64,000 nucleotides of DNA from Haliotis rubra (taxonomy: Eukaryota): contig NW_025767503.1 in assembly GCF_003918875.1 (NCBI RefSeq), forward strand, positions 310,001-374,000, given 5' to 3'. This document shows, piece after piece, positions 59,710-64,000 of the stretch (position 1 is its first letter; each line of letters starts with the position of its first letter). The translations under genes and the position numbers were made by a program. The notes below the pieces were generated by a model. It was not told the DNA's origin and searched no databases. It saw only the letters and a program-made list of their open reading frames with translations.

Positions 59710-60480
59710 AAACTCTGGGTGAGAATACAGTACATGTTAGCTGATGTATTCATGGTGTATGTATGTCAGCAATCTTTACAGCTCATACAATTGAATGCAT
59801 TCTTTCATTTGACAGTGTTGTAAATAAGTTAACTCTCACAAGTGTCGAAGTTCACCTGATTCATGGCTCCTGATGTCATGAAGTAGAGCCATTCAGCTGT
59901 CAGAACTAGACTGTGTTAGTAGATGTTGATGATATACATGGAATAACTCCGTATCCCACATCCACAAGTGTGTTACTGTATACAGTACAGTATTGCAGTA
60001 GGTATGAAGGCTGGGACACTTGGAGGGATATGTTTACTTGCTGGAAATGACACGAGTGTTTGCACCTGCCCCTGTACACGACTTCCGTGGTGTCAACAGA
60101 CAACTGGCTGACAGACGGGTGGGCACATGACCTCATTACAGTCTCGATGTAAGTTAGTTAGCTGGGGATGTTTATACGCTGACTGGTTTACAGTGGTTTT
60201 GCTCTGTCTGTGTTGAATGGTAGGATGTTTCATAGCAATTATGAAGTGTGATAATTTGGATGAATCAGCAGTGTGTTACTTCCCTCGCATTTTACTTGAT
60301 ACTAAACTGTAAGATACGGCTTTTGAACAGTTATTTCAAGGGCTGAGTGTATGTTTTGTAGAAAAGACTAGTAGAAACACAATGCAACTTGTATATACTT
60401 CATACCTTTTGACCTAGGCCTTATTCCTTCATACCTTTTGACCTGGACAGTTTTCCATTATTCTGTGATTTTTTGTTGTA

Positions 60481-60680
60481 TTTTTGGTTGTTGTGTAACA
60501 CACACAGCTATATGACAGTAGTGTGTAAATAATTGAGCCTGGACCAGACAATGCAGTGATTGACATCATGAGCTCTGTATGCAAAGGGATGCAAGCACAC
60601 GTGTCAACCATGTTCCTTTACTCGACTACTCGCTTTTTACGACAAGCATGGGTTGCTGAAGACCAGGTCAACCCAGATCA
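60481..60680 (-). mobile_element. Decayed family B SINE
   Basis: CTGGACCAGACAAT..TTACGACAAGCATGGGTTGCTGAAGACC is the reverse complement of family B. Confidence 0.8.
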
Positions 60681-60760
60681 TCAGATGTATTTATGTAATG
60701 TTGTAAGGAGTAACTATGAGAGGTGTATAATGACAGTGAAATGACATGCCAAGATTTGTG

Positions 60761-60981
60761 ATATGAATACACAATGTCATTTAGAAAGTGGGCAAATGTA
60801 ACATACATGTATGTTAGGCTTGGGATTACACTTTCTTAGTAAAGTACAGCTGCTCACTGTGGCTGAGCGGGTTAGGCGGCTGACTTTGTGTGCTGGCAAT
60901 TAGGTGCCTGACTTGAGGGTGTGGGTTCGAATCCCGGATAGGACTCAACCCAACATATGTTTACAAATATAACATGTTACA
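60761..60981. mobile_element. Family E: inverted 3' half (60761-60849) fused to a forward head (60850-60981)
   Basis: Head TGGCTGAGCGGGTTAGGCGGCTGACT..GGGTTCGAATCCC; body homologous to 11758-11837. Confidence 0.82.
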
Positions 60982-62500
60982 AGGATTAGTGTTCCAAACA
61001 CTTCAGACAGATGAATGTCAGTGAAGGGAAGTTTTCACAAGTCCAGTGAAATATGCTATCAGACCCAAGGTCAGATTCTGGGACTTGGCCACCAAGTGTC
61101 ACATGATTTCAGTTTATTGGCAGGTTTTAGGGAAAAGTAATACACTATTTCATAAGGATGTGAGAAGTGGAAATGAAACTGTAACTGTAGGGCAATATAA
61201 GTAACGTCCGGTATTTTCTTATACAACATGTGCAATGTTGTTCTGCCAGGCTAGTGACCTGCAGATGTTGAACCCTTGCTATGAAGATGTAATGATAAGC
61301 TGTAAATCACAATATACATAACCTTTAAAGTCATGATACTCAATCATACAGTTACGATATGGATTCAAGTACTAGCCTGCACAAACGTAATCCTATTGCC
61401 CATTATAATGTTAGGAATATATAATGACCAAACAGGTGTCAAGGGAGATTACTCTAAGAATTAATGACCATTACCTCAGCATTATGTTATTGCTGTTGAA
61501 AGGCACTGAACCATGACTATCCCAGATGTGATCAGTGCTGAACAACTGCTCTAGGTCAATGTTATCTTGGTGATGACACACCTGTGGGTGACGACCAGGT
61601 AATGTGATGACAGTCTAACTCACCTGCATTGTATGGGACTGTGTAGCAGAGTCTACCTGATACCCATGAATGAAGAGAGAATAATGTGTAACCTTGAAAA
61701 TGTTAATCACTACTTTTAAGCTGTAGTAAATACATGTCGTGTGTTTGTAGGAAGCAGCTACCGCTTCAGTCATTAGCCTGAACAAAGCTCTTAGCTTGAT
61801 CTTCAGAGAATTTACTGTGTATTATCATGGGCTGAGCTTACTAGACCAAACAGAATTTGACTAGACTCGTGCTTCTGACTAGGAGCTGATCACAGACTGA
61901 GTGTTAGGTACTGACAAGATTAGGAGGGACTGACTGAGGTCGTGCTGTCGCGTCACACCATGAAGAGTCAAGATACAGCTATGAAGGGTTGCCAACAGCA
62001 CTGACAGTGACACAAGTTAACCTTAAATCATAGTCCAAATAGTGATGACACATAACAATGCATAAGGACACACATTATTAAAAGACCTGAAATTCCATCT
62101 GTTCTATCAGTCATCACAATCATCCAACATTACCTGACTCTACATTGTGTCTCCTTGGAGGACAGCTCTCAATGTTCAATACTTTGATTGTGTGGATATG
62201 GTTCTAGAATTGATCTTCCTGTTAAATAATTTAACTGTCACGGCTTACACTTCATGAGATGTTACAAACCAGATCTATGTGGAAAGACTACACCGCGTTG
62301 TGGGTTCAGCGAAACAAAGTAAGAGCACCATTGCGTGACAGCCAATGTATGTCGGCCGTGCAGCATGATTCTGCATTACTTGAATTGACCTCAAAGTGGA
62401 ACCAGCTTGGCACAGTTCGCAGACCCTGTCAGTTTGATTCAAGTCATATCTAACCCACTTACATTGTTTCCAAATTCAGTTTATCATTTACATGAACCTA

Positions 62501-62672
62501 TGATTCTAGTATGAATACACAATGTCATCTAGGAAAGTGGTCAGATGTAACATATTCTCTGTTTGGGATTACACTTTCTCAGTAAAGTACTTTTACTAGT
62601 AGTATTTAAGTTGAGACCCATCCAGGATTCAACCCCACATTCTCATAGTAAGGCTGCACATCGCCAACACGT
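62501..62672 (-). mobile_element. Family E decayed copy
   Basis: TATGAATACACAATGTCAT..GGGATTACACTTTCTCAGTAAAGTAC..CCCATCCAGGATTCAACCCCAC. Confidence 0.78.
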
Positions 62673-63046
62673 AATCCAGTAATATATTTACATATGAACC
62701 TAGCAGTAATGATTGCCATTATTACAGATATTGTTGCATGGTAATTCTGCTACATTTATACTTGGAACTGTATTCCTTTGAAAGGATTGACCTATTCCCA
62801 TTCCGACCTTGCTTGGTGCCCATTTTTCAGACCTAAGACCTTACTGGACCTTAGTAATTAGTGAAACAGGCATTGTCTCTCTAATTAGAGTAATTATTAC
62901 TTTCTTGATTGATAATGTGATTTTGTTGAATGTTAGTGAGCAGAGTTGTGTTGAATGATTGAATGGCTTGAGCCATTGTGTGTACTGTGCATGGCTGATT
63001 CTCTCCCAGTGGATGTGGAGGTGAGACTGTGTCACAGAACCAGTGG

Positions 63047-63146
63047 TTCATGATGATCTAATGCCTGCTCCTCCCTTCATGTAACTAAACCAGCAGTGTT
63101 CATGATGATCTAATGCCTGCTCCTCCCTTCATGTAACTAAACCAGC
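63047..63146. repeat. ~52-bp tandem duplication
   Basis: TTCATGATGATCTAATGCCTGCTCCTCCCTTCATGTAACTAAACCAGC twice. Confidence 0.9.
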
Positions 63147-63424
63147 TGGTTCTGTCAGCGTTGCATCTGACAGAGGTCAAGGGACTTCCTCCTCTACTGA
63201 CCACGGCTAATCACCACGCCAACTCACATGGGGTAATCACACATACCTGCCACACCCACTCCCTGGGGTCATCACTCACCAGAGTGTGAAGGGTGGAGAT
63301 CACTGCTTGGTGACTGTATATTCTTGAAGTGATTTGTTTCCTGTTTGGCCGAGTCAGACTTGGTATGTATAAACATGGAATACATTTTTTTAATTTTTTA
63401 TGTTTCTCACCAAACCCCACCATT

Positions 63425-63530
63425 ACCATATATTACCATCTATAAGCCAACCCCATAGATAAGCCGACCCCCAAACTTGACCCTTAAAATCAGTGTCAAA
63501 ATGGTATGTTTCGTGCATAAGCCGACAAGT
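63425..63530 (+). mobile_element. Left-end relic of a pogo/Tigger-like MITE
   Basis: TA-CCATATATT..TATAAGCCAACCCC..ATAAGCCGACCCC..ATAAGCCGAC repeats; no right end found. Confidence 0.4.
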
Positions 63531-63799
63531 CATAACATTTAAGCTGGATATTATATCTTTAAGACATACAAACATAGAGCAGTCTCATGTCTGTAGTCTC
63601 TCACTTAGCTGTGGTTCAAGCTGTGTTCTAACTATCTGGATGTCAGTTAACACTCCACTGAGTACAGTTTGCCTTCAGGACAAATTCAGATAAGATCATC
63701 GGAGCAATATTTATCTAAGTAAAATGTATCTAGCCTATCCCTCATAGTATGAGTGGTATTTTCTGTATATACATCTTACACATGCCCCACCCGCATGTG

Positions 63800-64000
63800 T
63801 TGTAGGTAAGACAGCTATTCCAGGGACCTCCCCCTCATAATGAGACAAAGTGTTTGCGTGACACAAACATTCTCTGCCACAGTAGCATGCGTGTCGTGCG
63901 TATTGTGTCGCAGGTGACTGTGCTGCTTCTAGTGCTGCGTGACTATTGTCCTCCTCCTGTGTATAAACACAACTGGTATTTGTGGTCTCCAGCATACAAG
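63800..64000 (-). pseudogene. Decayed RTE-clade LINE C-terminus
   Basis: CYCGRECLCHANTLSH resembles the RTE C-terminal zinc finger (C..CGR.C.S..GL.SH). Confidence 0.4.

Noticed and set aside
60000-60148. Plus-strand exon ending at the strong GTAAGT donor near 60149
   Set aside because: All three frames contain stops and no homology is recognisable; it could be a UTR exon but is unsupported.

Overview
AT-rich animal genomic DNA, probably molluscan: the SINE and MITE families look gastropod/abalone-like, which is inference only. The one complete gene is a plus-strand inhibitor-of-apoptosis (IAP/BIRC) gene. I assembled it from six coding exons (13873-14560, 15129-15277, 16684-16708, 17601-17699, 18437-18541, 18783-18985; 1269 nt, 422 aa). 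Its architecture is BIR-BIR-UBA-like-RING, preceded by a non-coding first exon and two NF-kB-type sites. Most other recognisable sequence is repetitive: about a dozen tandem arrays (units 20-200 bp), at least five tRNA-headed SINE-like families, Tc1/mariner, hAT, Kolobok-type, Harbinger-type and Helentron-type non-autonomous elements, one decayed Tc1 transposase, and several LINE 3' fragments. The best leads are: (1) a filled/empty insertion-site pair made by templated capture of local DNA into a MITE; (2) a tail-less tRNA-headed repeat that recurs with inversion junctions, once next to a hammerhead-like Penelope-type terminus; (3) two divergent, decayed F-box/LRR relics; (4) a minisatellite whose unit matches a transposon end; (5) a probable promoter and first exon at ~31.1 kb of an unannotated gene with a very long first intron. 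All calls were made by eye, without database searches.
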